Source: Planctomycetota bacterium (GTDB lineage: Bacteria; Planctomycetota; J058). From it: a stretch of 64,000 nt of DNA. The notes under the pieces are model-generated. The model worked only from the letters and a program-made list of their open reading frames with translations. It was not told where the DNA came from and did not search any database. The position numbers were made by a program, and so were the translations under genes. The stretch lies in contig JAWKSZ010000043.1 in assembly GCA_041402045.1 (NCBI GenBank), forward strand, positions 1-64,000. Direction: 5' to 3'. Positions within the stretch are counted from its first letter, which is position 1; each line of letters starts with the position of its first letter. Shown in pieces: positions 27,834 to 37,717 of this stretch.

Positions 27834-29564
27834 GCCCGCGCCGCTCGCGCCCGCCCCGCTCGGCGCCGGCCTCGGGCAGCCTCGACGACCTGGCCCGGCT
27901 CCTGGAGCGGATCGACGGCCGCCCCTACCCCGCCTACAAGGACGCCCGCGGCAGCTTCCACGAGGACGGGCTGACGCTGCAGATCGACCACGTGCAGGGC
28001 GACCCCTTCGCCGCCCCGAGTCGCCTGCGGGGCGTGCTCGCTCCCTCCGAGGCCGGGCTCCCGCCCTGGGCCCTCGAGACCCCGGCGCGGCGAGTGAGCT
28101 GCGCGGACTTCCTCCTGCGCCGCTTCGTGCGGGCGCTGGACGCCGAGTCCGCGCGGCTGGGGAGCGGCAAGAGCGGCGAGCTCTCGGTCCCGCGCCCAGG
28201 CCCCTGCGTCCTCGCGCGCTCGAGCCTGGTCGTGCACCCCGACGGCGCGGTCGAGGCGCGCTTCCAGGCGGGGCTCCCCGCCCGCGGGCGCCGGGTGCTG
28301 GGCCGCGCCGCCGCCGAGCTGCTGACCGAGCGCGTGCCCGCCGCCCTCGACGCGCTGGGGTTCGCCGAGCTCGATCCGGACGCGCTGCGCGCGCACCTGA
28401 ACGCCGTCGAGGACGCCCAGGCGCTGCGCGCCCAGCTCGCCGAGCGCGGGCTCGTGGCCTTCGTGGCCGAGGGCGCGGTGCTCCCCCGGCGCTCGGGGGT
28501 CGACCCGGGTCCGCTCCAGGGCGCGGTGGCGTTCCGCTCGCCCCCCGCGTTGACGGTCACCCTGGAGACGCCCCACGCCGGCGGCTGCGCGGGCTGGGGG
28601 TCCCCGCGGCGTGACCTTGATCACCGGCGGCGGCTACCACGGGAAGTCGACGCTCCTGCGCGCCCTCGAGCACGGGGTCTACGACCACGTGCCCGGCGAC
28701 GGCCGCGAGCGGGTGGTGAGCCTCGCCGACGCGGTCAAGGTCCGGGCCGAGGACGGCCGCGCGATCGCCGGCGTCGATATCAGCGCGTTCATTGCCGACC
28801 TGCCGGGGGACCACGACACGACGCGCTTCACCAGCGCCGACGCCAGCGGCTCGACCTCCCAGGCCGCGGCGATCGCCGAGGCCCTCGAAGCGGGCAGCGG
28901 CTGCCTGCTGATCGACGAGGACACCTCGGCCACGAACTTCATGATCCGCGACGCGCGCATGCAGGCCCTGGTGCCCACCGCCAAGGAGCCGATCACCCCG
29001 TTCCTCGACCGCGTGCGCCAGCTCGCCGAGGCGGGGATCTCGAGCGTGGTCGTGATCGGCGGCTCGGGGGACTACCTCGACGTGGCGGACACGGTCCTGA
29101 CCCTCGAGGCCTACGTGCCCCACGACGCCACCGCCCGCGCCCGCGAGGTGGCCGCCCGGTTGCCCAGCGCCCGCGAGGTCCTGCCCGGCACCTGGACCCC
29201 GCCCCGCCCCCGCCGGATCCGCCCCCGCTCCCTGGACGCGAGCAAGGGCCGCCGCGACGTCGCGCTCAAGGTCCCGAGCCTCGACCGCCTGCTCTACGGC
29301 AGCGAGGAGGTCCTCGTCGCCGCGGTCGAACAGCTCGTCGAGCCCGGCCAACTGCGCGCGATCGGCGAGGCCCTGGCCTGGATCTCCCGCGCCGACCCCG
29401 CACCCCTCGAGGTCAAGGAGCTCCTGGCCCGCGCGCTGGCCGCCCAGTCCGCGGACGGCCCCGAGGCGTTCCTGCGCGGCGCCCCCAGCGCCGGCCTCAG
29501 CGCCTTCCGCGCTCAGGAGCTGATCGCCGTCCTCGGCCGCCTGCGCGCCCTGGAGCTGGGGTAG
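27830..29564 (+). CDS. ABC_ATPase-family (predicted ATPase of the ABC class) protein; frameshift at the G5 run 28596..28600
   Basis: N-domain (LERIDGRPYPAYKD...) is in one frame and the Walker A part (VTLITGGGYHGKSTLL) in the next. GTG start overlaps the upstream kinase stop (GTGA). Confidence 0.65.
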
Positions 29565-29589
29565 GGGACTCGCTCGCGGGACTCTTCTT

Positions 29590-29620
29590 CGTAGGGGCGC
29601 AGCTCGCCTGCGCCCACCCC
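29590..29620. repeat. REP-like palindromic element (GGGCGCAG-N5-CTGCGCCCCTAC)
   Basis: Inverted copy of the element at 29672..29708. A diverged third copy lies at 23981..24006. Confidence 0.5.
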
Positions 29621-29671
29621 ATTCCAGGAAACGACTCCTCCTGGGCAGAGCGTCGGTGCCCCGTCCGTAGC

Positions 29672-29708
29672 GGGGGTGGGATGGGCGCAGGCAAGCTGCG
29701 CCCCTACA
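29672..29708. repeat. REP-like palindromic element (second copy, opposite orientation)
   Basis: gggatgggcgcaggcaagctgcgcccctacag. The pair of copies explains the spurious small ORFs sharing MGWAQASCAPT. Confidence 0.5.
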
Positions 29709-29790
29709 GAGAGACCCCCTGGCGCCTCGTGCATGACCGCTTCGCAGGCGTCGAGCGAGGCCTCGACTCAGCGCGCCTGCGCAGACGAAA

Positions 29791-30525
29791 CTACCCGTTG
29801 GACCCGGCCGATCCGTCAGGCGCGCACCGTTGCCGCACTGGATCGAAGTAACCCAGCGCCCAGGGGGCAACCTCCTCGCGCAAGCTCGAACACGCCTGGG
29901 GCCAACGCTGCCAGACTGCAGCGTATCCAAGGCCGACATGCGCGAGAGTGGGGACGTGAGCGTCCAGCGAGTGGACACACTTGCAGGCGTATTCTGCGAC
30001 CCGTCCAATCGGCGTCTCCGCGAACCCGTCCAGGGGCATGCCGGTCTCTGGGTGATCGCCCCAGGCCGCCTGACGTGCGTCTTCCTCCGCGAACCGCACC
30101 TCCATGAGGTTCATGTCGGTAGGTTCCAACAACCAGGTTTCCACCGTGCTGAGTGCACGCGACACTCGGCGGAACTCGTCGTCCCATTCCTGCGGCGATC
30201 GATCAGCTATCTGAAACCTGGCCACCGCGAGGACGACGCGCACCAGTGCGTCCCTGGGGAATTGCGCGAGCACCCTGCACCCTGCCTCGATCTTGCGTTT
30301 CGCCCCGGGCGGGATCGGGATCGGAAATTCCTCGATCCGGGACAGGTGTGGGCCTCCCTCACTGGCTGCGCGGGCCCCAGGTTCACCCACCCAATACGCT
30401 AGAGCGAACCTGTCTCGTGATAGGTCGCCCAACCTCAAGCGCTCCCGGAGCAGCGCCGCTTCGTCCCTGACCTCGCCGGAGGCTCGCCACCGGCGTTCCA
30501 ACCTCCGCAGCACCTCGTCCGTCAC
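29791..30525 (-). CDS. hypothetical protein
   Basis: 244 aa with natural composition (MTDEVLRRLERRWRASGEV...). No family recognised. Confidence 0.5.
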   Translation of the reverse strand: MTDEVLRRLERRWRASGEVRDEAALLRERLRLGDLSRDRFALAYWVGEPGARAASEGGPHLSRIEEFPIPIPPGAKRKIEAGCRVLAQFPRDALVRVVLAVARFQIADRSPQEWDDEFRRVSRALSTVETWLLEPTDMNLMEVRFAEEDARQAAWGDHPETGMPLDGFAETPIGRVAEYACKCVHSLDAHVPTLAHVGLGYAAVWQRWPQACSSLREEVAPWALGYFDPVRQRCAPDGSAGSNG

Positions 30526-30658
30526 CCAGCGCCTTCCCTCACCGATTGCCTCCGCAATTGCGTCGCCCCGACCGACCGGTAGGGAGGCAACGCACCGTCG
30601 CGCCCCGGCCGCCGCGTGGTGCTCCCGGCCTCGCGCGAACTCGCCTCAGGTATCCCGC

Positions 30659-31411
30659 TCACGCCGTCGCGCCCTCGGCCGCCTCGACCAGATCGGCGAC
30701 TCGCGACAGGGTGACCTCGGCGGGGCCCTGCACGAACCAGCGCACGATCCCGCGGTGCGTGAGGCCGGTGGCCTCGAGGTCGAGTTGGCAGAGGGTGCCG
30801 CCGGCGGCGAAGGTCAGCTCGGGGAGCTCAGCGGCGGGATAGACCACGGCCGAGGTTCCCACGATCAGGCACACGTCGGCCTCCCGAGCCAGGCTCCGGG
30901 CCTCCTCCAGCACGTCCCGCGGGAGCTCTTCGCCGAAGAGCACCACGTCGGGCTTGAGCACGGCGTCGCAGCGCGCGCAGCGCGGAACCTCGGCCGGCAC
31001 GAGCGCAGCCCGGGGCGTAACCTCGTCGCAGTCGAGGCAGCGCAGGCGCTCCCCGCTCCCGTGGAGCTCGAGCACCCGGGTCGACCCCGCGCGCTGGTGC
31101 AAGCGATCCACGTTCTGGGTGATCACGGCGTGCAGGCGGCCCGCGCGCTCGAGGCGCACCAGGGCTTCGTGGGCGGGGTTGGGCACGACCTCGGCGAAGG
31201 ACGCCTCCAGCGCGCGGTGGAACGCCCACCACCCGACCGGGTCGCGGCGGAACGCGTCCACGGTGCCGAACTCTTCGGGGGGATAGCGCTCCCAGATCCC
31301 GCCCTTGCTGCGGAAGTCGGGGATCCCGCTGGGCACGGACACGCCCGCGCCGGTGAGGACGATCACCCGCTCGGCCTCGAGCAGGGCGTCGCGAATGCCG
31401 TAGACGCTCAT
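30659..31411 (-). CDS. cobB: NAD-dependent protein deacylase, Sir2 family
   Basis: GAGVSVPSGIPDFRS, the Zn-binding CxxC...CxxC pair, and GTSAVVYPAA. Confidence 0.85.
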   Translation of the reverse strand: MSVYGIRDALLEAERVIVLTGAGVSVPSGIPDFRSKGGIWERYPPEEFGTVDAFRRDPVGWWAFHRALEASFAEVVPNPAHEALVRLERAGRLHAVITQNVDRLHQRAGSTRVLELHGSGERLRCLDCDEVTPRAALVPAEVPRCARCDAVLKPDVVLFGEELPRDVLEEARSLAREADVCLIVGTSAVVYPAAELPELTFAAGGTLCQLDLEATGLTHRGIVRWFVQGPAEVTLSRVADLVEAAEGATA

Positions 31412-31465
31412 GCTCCTACGGTGGCGTGGTCACCGGCGACGTGCACGTCCGCCGACTCGCCCGCC

Positions 31466-31906
31466 TTACCCCAGCGAGTCGAGCAGGGCCCGGGGGTGGG
31501 TCTTGGGGTTCACGCCTTCGTGCACGCCCTCGATCGTGCCCTCGCCCGAGATCACGTAGGTGTTGCGGTTGGGGTAGGGCTGGCCGTCGACGTAGGCGCC
31601 GTAGGCCTTGGCGATCGAGTGGTCGGTGTCCGAGAGCAGCGGGTAGCTGAAGCGATACTTGGTGTGGAAGGCCTTGTTCGCGCCCGGGGTGTCGTAGCTC
31701 ACGCCGAGGATCTGGGTGCCCTGATCGGCGTAGCGCTCGGCGAGGTCGCGGTAGTTGCAGCCCTCGCGGGTGCAGCCCGGGGTGTCGGCCTTGGGATAGA
31801 ACCAGAGCACCACGCGCTTGCCGGCGAAGTCGGCGAGGGAGACCGGGTTCCCCTCCTGATCCTGGGTGCTGAAGGCGGGGGCGGTGTCTCCGACCTTGAC
31901 GCTCAT
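31466..31906 (-). CDS. bcp: thiol peroxidase Bcp (peroxiredoxin, AhpC/TSA family)
   Basis: FYPKADTPGCTRE active site. Start MSVKVGD with AAGGAG RBS. 146 aa. Confidence 0.85.
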   Translation of the reverse strand: MSVKVGDTAPAFSTQDQEGNPVSLADFAGKRVVLWFYPKADTPGCTREGCNYRDLAERYADQGTQILGVSYDTPGANKAFHTKYRFSYPLLSDTDHSIAKAYGAYVDGQPYPNRNTYVISGEGTIEGVHEGVNPKTHPRALLDSLG

Positions 31907-31920
31907 GAGGGCTCCTTTGC

Positions 31921-33771
31921 TCAGCGCGGGGTGAGGCTGTCGAGCCAGCGGGCGGTCCCCAGGGGGTCGCTGGCGAACTGGGTCTGAAACTGCTCCCACA
32001 AGGCCTCGGGGTCCTCGGTGAACCAGACCACGGACTCGGGGCCGTGGCGCACCGCGAGGATCGAGTGGGTGTCCAGGCGCTCGGGGCGCTCTGCGCGCTC
32101 GCCCGCGGCCCAGGCCAGGAGCGACGCGTGCTCGAAGTACTTGGGCACGACGACGTGCTCGATGTGGTCGAGCTGGGCGACGACGGGCTCGGAGCGCCAG
32201 AAGGGGACCTCGCAGCTGAACAGCTCGCGGAGCTCGGGGTCCGCGTCCTCGATCAGCTCGCCCAGGGCCAGGAGCGTGGCGTTGTTGCGCGTGATCCGGT
32301 CCGGATCGAGCAGCGCCTCGCCGCCGTGCTCCTGGATCGCGTCCAGGACCTCGCGGGGGGTGTGCTCGCCGTGGAGCAGGAGCGCGTAGAACGTGCGCGA
32401 GCACACGCCGAACAGCACCCGCAGCACGTTGCGGCGCACGAGGGTGCGCCGGGTCTCCTCGGGGGAGGTGTGGATCGAGTCCAAGGGGAACAGCTCGACC
32501 TCGGAGCGCCACGCCTCGCGCAGGGTGTGGCCCGGGATCGGGTCCACGTCCGCCGAGGCGCGCTCGTCGTAGCGCAGCTCGTCCTTGTGCTTGAACAGGT
32601 CCGCGCCGGGGTAGAAGCGCAGGGACGCGGTCGAGACGTCGCCGCGGATCGCGGGGTGCGCGCGCCAGCGCGCGGCGGCGAGGAGCGTCTCGTTGAGCTC
32701 CTCGTCGGTCTCCTCGGGGAAGCCAATGATGATCCCGGTGCTCGGCTTTATGTGCTGCCGCGCGGTGACCTCGACCGCCTCGTGGATCTTGGCCGGCTTG
32801 AGCTTCTTGCCCGTCCAGGCCTGGCGCTCGACGCTCAGGCTCTCGATCCCGAAGAAGATCGAGGTGCAGCCCGCGAGGAACATGGCCTCGGCCAGCTCCT
32901 CGGTCAGGTTGTCGGTGCGCGAGGTGCAGCTCCACTCCACGTCGAGGTTCCGCTCGCGGATCTCCTGGCAGAGCTCGAGCACGTAGCTCTTCTTGGCCAC
33001 CAGGTTGTCGTGCAGGAGCTCGAAGCGGTTCGTGCCCAGGTGCTCGATCCCCCAGGCGATCTCGTCCACCAGCCGCGGCGCCGACTTCACCCGGTACTTG
33101 CGCTGGAACATGTTCGTGGTCGAGCAGAAGTTGCAGTTGTAGGGGCAGCCGCGGCCGGCCTCGAGGGGGATCACCGGGTTGCAGGCCAGGTAGTCCCGGG
33201 GCTCGACCAGGTGGTAGGCCGGGAGCGGGAGCGCGTCCAGGTCCTCGATCACCCCCCCCGAGGGGTTGCGCACGACCTCGCCCCCGCGCCGCCAGGTCAG
33301 CCCGGGGATCAGCGCCAGCTTCTGCGGCGGGTCCGCGTATTCGAGGGCGCGCAGGAGCTGGGGGAAGGTGCGGTCGCCCTCGTCGCGCAGCACGTAGTCC
33401 ACGCTCGGGAACTGCTCGAGCACCTGGGTGTCGACGAAGGTCACGTGGGGGCCGCCGAGCACGATCGGCACCTGGGGGTGCTTGCGCTTGACCTCCTCCA
33501 CGAACTCCATGGTGATCCCGAAGTTGTAGGACCAGGTCGTGATCCCGATCAGGTCGATCTCTTTGCTCCGCCGCGGCAGGCGCCGGAGGAACTGGGTGCG
33601 GAACGAGCGCTGGGGGTCGAAGTCGCCGGCCTTCACGAACAGGTTCAGGTCGACGACGTGGGGCTCGTGCCCCTCGGCCTCGAGGATCGCGCCCAGGAGC
33701 AGGAGCCCCAGCGGCGGTTGGACGTCGCTCGCGATCCCCAGGTAGGGGGGCTGCACCAGATAGACCTGCAT
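31921..33771 (-). CDS. B12-binding domain-containing radical SAM protein
   Basis: N-terminal B12-binding-like region. Radical SAM cluster motif GRGCPYNCNFC. Confidence 0.8.
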   Translation of the reverse strand: MQVYLVQPPYLGIASDVQPPLGLLLLGAILEAEGHEPHVVDLNLFVKAGDFDPQRSFRTQFLRRLPRRSKEIDLIGITTWSYNFGITMEFVEEVKRKHPQVPIVLGGPHVTFVDTQVLEQFPSVDYVLRDEGDRTFPQLLRALEYADPPQKLALIPGLTWRRGGEVVRNPSGGVIEDLDALPLPAYHLVEPRDYLACNPVIPLEAGRGCPYNCNFCSTTNMFQRKYRVKSAPRLVDEIAWGIEHLGTNRFELLHDNLVAKKSYVLELCQEIRERNLDVEWSCTSRTDNLTEELAEAMFLAGCTSIFFGIESLSVERQAWTGKKLKPAKIHEAVEVTARQHIKPSTGIIIGFPEETDEELNETLLAAARWRAHPAIRGDVSTASLRFYPGADLFKHKDELRYDERASADVDPIPGHTLREAWRSEVELFPLDSIHTSPEETRRTLVRRNVLRVLFGVCSRTFYALLLHGEHTPREVLDAIQEHGGEALLDPDRITRNNATLLALGELIEDADPELRELFSCEVPFWRSEPVVAQLDHIEHVVVPKYFEHASLLAWAAGERAERPERLDTHSILAVRHGPESVVWFTEDPEALWEQFQTQFASDPLGTARWLDSLTPR

Positions 33772-33878
33772 GGGGCCGATCCTACTTCCTCGGGCCGAGG
33801 CGAGCACGCGCCCGCGGGCCCGCCCCGTGTGTCGCGCGAGCGGGCCCCGGCAACTATCCTCGGAGGCTGGAGGAGCCC

Positions 33879-34190
33879 GTGCTGGACCCGTTCTTGACCC
33901 GCGCCCTGGCCAAGAGCTCCGCGCTGCGCGCGGTGGTGGAGGGAGAGCTCGCGCGGCTCGCGGGCGAGGGCTTCCTCTCCGCCGAGGACGCCGAGGCCCT
34001 GCGCAGCGAGCACGCCGAGCGCCTGCGCGAGCTCACCGAGGGCGCGGGGGAGCAGGCGAGCGCCCTGCTCTCCGGGCTCGCGAGCGGGCTGCGCCAGGCG
34101 CTGGACCTCCCCAGCCGAGCCGAGGTCGTGGCCCTGACCGAGGAGCTGCGCCAGGCCCGGCAGCGGGCGGAGGAGGCGTCCGGCCCCTGA
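33879..34190 (+). CDS. small helical (phasin-like) ORF; possibly the N-terminus of the next gene, separated from it by a 1-nt frame change
   Basis: GTG start with GGAGGAG RBS. Ends inside a CCCC run, and the downstream frame continues with a coherent sequence. Confidence 0.45.
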   Translation: MLDPFLTRALAKSSALRAVVEGELARLAGEGFLSAEDAEALRSEHAERLRELTEGAGEQASALLSGLASGLRQALDLPSRAEVVALTEELRQARQRAEEASGP

Positions 34191-34222
34191 CCCCTCGCGA
34201 CGCGCGCCTGCTCGAGCTCCTC

Positions 34223-37200
34223 GTGGCCACCGACCACCTGTCCCCCGAGGGGGCGGCGGCGTGCCGCGCGGACTACGACCGCGCCCGCAAGGCGCGGCCC
34301 GAGCTGCGCTTTCGCCGGTTCCTGCGCGACGGCGACTACGTCTCGCCGGAGGTGCTCGAGGAGTTCGTGGGCGACGACGAGCTCGTCCCCCGCTCGGGGC
34401 TGGGCGTCGTGCCCGCGCCCACCGGGGTCGAGGCGCTGCTCGAGGAGGCGGTGCCCCACGACGACGACTCCCCCGCCGCCCGGCGCTCGGGCTCGCGCCC
34501 GGTGCGCCTCGAGGCGCCGCCGCCGCGCGGCGACGTCACCGACGAGGACTCCACCCAGCGCGTGGAGCGCGAGGTCCTGGCCCGGGCCTCGGCGCGCACG
34601 TTGAAGGAGCTCGCGACCCCGGGCAGGCTCGCGGGCGACGAGGGCACGAGCCGCTTCGACGGCTCGACCAAGCGCTTCGACGCCGACGCGCTGGCGGCGG
34701 CCTCCCAGCGCCACGGCGCGCCCGGCGCGCTCCTGGCCCTGCTCGTGGGCGGGGCGCTGGTCGCCGGCGGGGGCGTGCTCATGCTCGTCTACGGCGGCGG
34801 CGCGGAGCCCGCGATCGCCGTGACCCCCGGCGAGACCGACCCCCTGCCGAGCGAGGTCGTGACCCCGGACCGCGACCCGCCGCCGGAGGCGACCCCCGGG
34901 CAGGAGGAGCAGCGCGCCCTCGCGGCCCAGCTCCGGCGGGCGACCCAGCTCCAGGAGACCGAGGACTACCAGGGCGCGCTGCAGGTGCTCGCGACCCTCG
35001 CCCCCAAGCTGCGGGTGGCGCACACCGAACGGATCAAGACCCTCGAAGCCGAGCTGCGCGCGGCCGCGGCCTTCCGCCGCGAGGCCGACCGCGCGCTGGC
35101 CTTCCTCGACGAGCTCAACCCCGAGGCCCAACGCAACGTGGGCCTCGAGCAGCTCCAGGCCGCTCTGGCCGAGCAGCCCGGCCCCGCGGCCAAGGCGACG
35201 GCGCTGCGGCTCGAGGCGCGAATCGCCGAGCTGAAGGCGCCCCTCCCCGAGCCCGGGCCCGCGGAGCGCGACCCCGAGGCGGAGCCCCCCGAGCGCACCG
35301 CCTATTACGCCAAGCTCGGCGAGCAGGGGCGCTCGGTGGTCGAGGCCCTGCGCCGGCGGATCGACGAGGAGCAGGCCGCCCGCGCCGACCGCTCGGGGGC
35401 GGCGGTCGACGTCGCCCGCGCGCGCACCGAGCGCAAGCCGCTGCGCCTGAGCCTGCCCTCGGGCTACCGGATCGACCGCGGCACGATCGTGGGCATGGAC
35501 GACGCCGGCATGACCGTGGCCGACGGGGCCGACCGGATCCCGGTGTCCTGGGACGTGCTCTCCCCCAAGCAGGCCTACACCCTGCGCCGGCTGGCGGTGC
35601 GCGACGACGAGGCCGAGGACCACCTCAAGCTCGGGGTGTGGTGCCTGACCCAGCGCCAGTTCGACGCGGCCCGCGAGGCCTTCGGGCGCGCGATCGAGCT
35701 CGACGCAGGGCTCCGTCAGCGGATCCCCTCGGTCAACCGGATCGAGGCCGAGGGCCAGGTGTTCGGCGGACGCCTCGACCGCCGCGGGGGCACGATCAAG
35801 GTCGACTACCGCTTCACCTCCCCCGAGGAGTTCCGCGACTGGCAGGCGGAGGTCGGCTCGCAGCTCAAGGCCGGGGACGGGCGGATCGAGGTCGCCGGGC
35901 AGGGCATGTTCCTGGCCGGGCTGAAGGAGGTCGGGTTCGAGGATCAGGTGACCGTGGAGGTCGGCCTGGGCGCGGTGAGCAAGGGCAGCCAGGTCCTGTG
36001 CGGGCTCCTGTTCTCGCCGGGGACCGCCGACGAGAAGGCCTACCTCGTGGGGCTCTCGGCCCGCGGGCAGCCGACGCTCCTCGTGCGCAAGGACCGCCAC
36101 CTGCGCAAGCTCGCGCGCTCCACGACCCCGATCAAGGGCGACACCCTGCGGATCGTGCTCCGCGACAACCGGCTCAAGGTGCGCTCGGGCGCCCGCGACC
36201 TGATCAACCAGAAGGTCAGCCCGACCTGGGACGGCGTGCGCGTGCTCCTGGGCGGGCTCGCGGTGCGCAAGACCGACCCCGGCACCGCGGACTACACCCG
36301 GGTCGTGGTCCAGGGTCGGGTGCGGATCGACTGGCTGCGCAAGGCCTTCGGCGCGCTGGACGACCTGCTCCAGGGCAGCCTCGACGCGCTGGACGAGCTC
36401 CCGGTGTTCCGCCGCCCGCGCGGGACCCTCGCGCCTCCGGACCTCAGCGCCGAGGACGCCTTCGGCATGCGCGACGTCCCCGACCGCGCGCGGGCGGAGT
36501 ACGCGCGCGGGGTCGAGGCCTGGAACCAGGAGACCGCCGACGGCCTGGCGCAGGCGAACCAGGCCTTCGACCGCGCGGTCGAGCTCGCCCCGCGCTTCGC
36601 CGCCGCGCTGTATCGCCGCGGGCTGGCCCGCGAGCGCCTGGGCCGCACGCGGCTGGCGCTGGCCGACGCCGAGGACGCGCTCGAGGCCTGCCCGCACTTC
36701 TACGAGGCGGAGACCCTGATCAGCCGGCTGCTGCGGGTCCAGGGTCGGCTGGAGGACGCGCTCGCCGCCGCCACCCGCGCGCTGGAGACGCGCCCCGACT
36801 ACGCCGACGCGCGCCTCTCCCGGGGCGCGATCCTGTTCGCCCAGGGCGACCTCCAGGCGGCGCTCACCGACCTCGAGCTGGCCAACGCGCTCAACCCCTG
36901 GGACGAGACCGCGCGCCGCCTGCGGCGCAACGTGGCCACCGTGCTCGCGGGCCCTAGCTGGAGCAAGCGCAGCTTCAGCGTGGAGTCCAAGCACTTCGTG
37001 GTCGAGACCGACACGACCCACGACCGCGCCGAGGGCTTCCTCGAGCAGCTCGAGGCGGTGCACGCCCACTACGGGACCCTGTTCGGCGTCGACCCCAACG
37101 CCGAGCGCCCGCGCTCGAAGGTCCTGATCTTCGACACCCGCGAGGGCTTCCTCTCCTACGCCGCGCTGAGCACCAACGACCGCGTGGAGTCCTTGCTCGG

Positions 37201-37717
37201 CTGCTACCTCCCGCGCTACCGCCAGCTGCTCCTGTTCGAGGACAAGAACGCGACCGAGGAGCAGACCCTGCGCGTGCTGTTCCACGAGGGCTTCCACCAG
37301 TTCATAGACCCGGTGGTCCCGGAGCTCCCGCTGTGGCTGAACGAGGGCCTGGCCGAGTTCTTCTCCACGCTGCGCGTCGAGCGCGACGGCGTGCGCGGCG
37401 AGGGCGGCCCGATCCCGAGCCGCTCCCGCGACCTGGCGCGGTTCCTGGCCCAGGGCGGCCCGGTGCCCTTCGAGCAGCTCATGAACCAGACCCCGGGCGA
37501 GTTCTACTCGGGGCCCGTCGCCTTCAAGTACGCCCAGGCGTGGTCCATGGTCCGCTTCTTCCTCGACCGCCGCACCTCGCCGGACCTGCGCAAGCGCTTC
37601 CTGAGCTACCTCAGCGACCTGCGCGGCGGGGCCAGCCCGCGGCGGGCGTTCCTCGAGGCCTGGGACGGGACCGACTGGCGGGCGTGCGAGGCCGAGTGGC
37701 GCAAGAGCCTGGAGTAG
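34223..37717 (+). CDS. large TM/TPR-repeat protein with C-terminal DUF1570-like HExxH (HEGFH...NEGLAEFF) putative peptidase domain
   Basis: Real part of ORF 33770..37717. One TM, TPR-like repeats, C-terminal HEGFH motif. The start is uncertain (GTG 34223, or fusion with 33879..34190). Confidence 0.7.
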   Translation: MATDHLSPEGAAACRADYDRARKARPELRFRRFLRDGDYVSPEVLEEFVGDDELVPRSGLGVVPAPTGVEALLEEAVPHDDDSPAARRSGSRPVRLEAPPPRGDVTDEDSTQRVEREVLARASARTLKELATPGRLAGDEGTSRFDGSTKRFDADALAAASQRHGAPGALLALLVGGALVAGGGVLMLVYGGGAEPAIAVTPGETDPLPSEVVTPDRDPPPEATPGQEEQRALAAQLRRATQLQETEDYQGALQVLATLAPKLRVAHTERIKTLEAELRAAAAFRREADRALAFLDELNPEAQRNVGLEQLQAALAEQPGPAAKATALRLEARIAELKAPLPEPGPAERDPEAEPPERTAYYAKLGEQGRSVVEALRRRIDEEQAARADRSGAAVDVARARTERKPLRLSLPSGYRIDRGTIVGMDDAGMTVADGADRIPVSWDVLSPKQAYTLRRLAVRDDEAEDHLKLGVWCLTQRQFDAAREAFGRAIELDAGLRQRIPSVNRIEAEGQVFGGRLDRRGGTIKVDYRFTSPEEFRDWQAEVGSQLKAGDGRIEVAGQGMFLAGLKEVGFEDQVTVEVGLGAVSKGSQVLCGLLFSPGTADEKAYLVGLSARGQPTLLVRKDRHLRKLARSTTPIKGDTLRIVLRDNRLKVRSGARDLINQKVSPTWDGVRVLLGGLAVRKTDPGTADYTRVVVQGRVRIDWLRKAFGALDDLLQGSLDALDELPVFRRPRGTLAPPDLSAEDAFGMRDVPDRARAEYARGVEAWNQETADGLAQANQAFDRAVELAPRFAAALYRRGLARERLGRTRLALADAEDALEACPHFYEAETLISRLLRVQGRLEDALAAATRALETRPDYADARLSRGAILFAQGDLQAALTDLELANALNPWDETARRLRRNVATVLAGPSWSKRSFSVESKHFVVETDTTHDRAEGFLEQLEAVHAHYGTLFGVDPNAERPRSKVLIFDTREGFLSYAALSTNDRVESLLGCYLPRYRQLLLFEDKNATEEQTLRVLFHEGFHQFIDPVVPELPLWLNEGLAEFFSTLRVERDGVRGEGGPIPSRSRDLARFLAQGGPVPFEQLMNQTPGEFYSGPVAFKYAQAWSMVRFFLDRRTSPDLRKRFLSYLSDLRGGASPRRAFLEAWDGTDWRACEAEWRKSLE

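Noticed and set aside
29497-30107. Three small ORFs sharing the peptide MGWAQASCAPT
   Set aside because: Produced by the inverted pair of REP-like palindromes, not independent genes.
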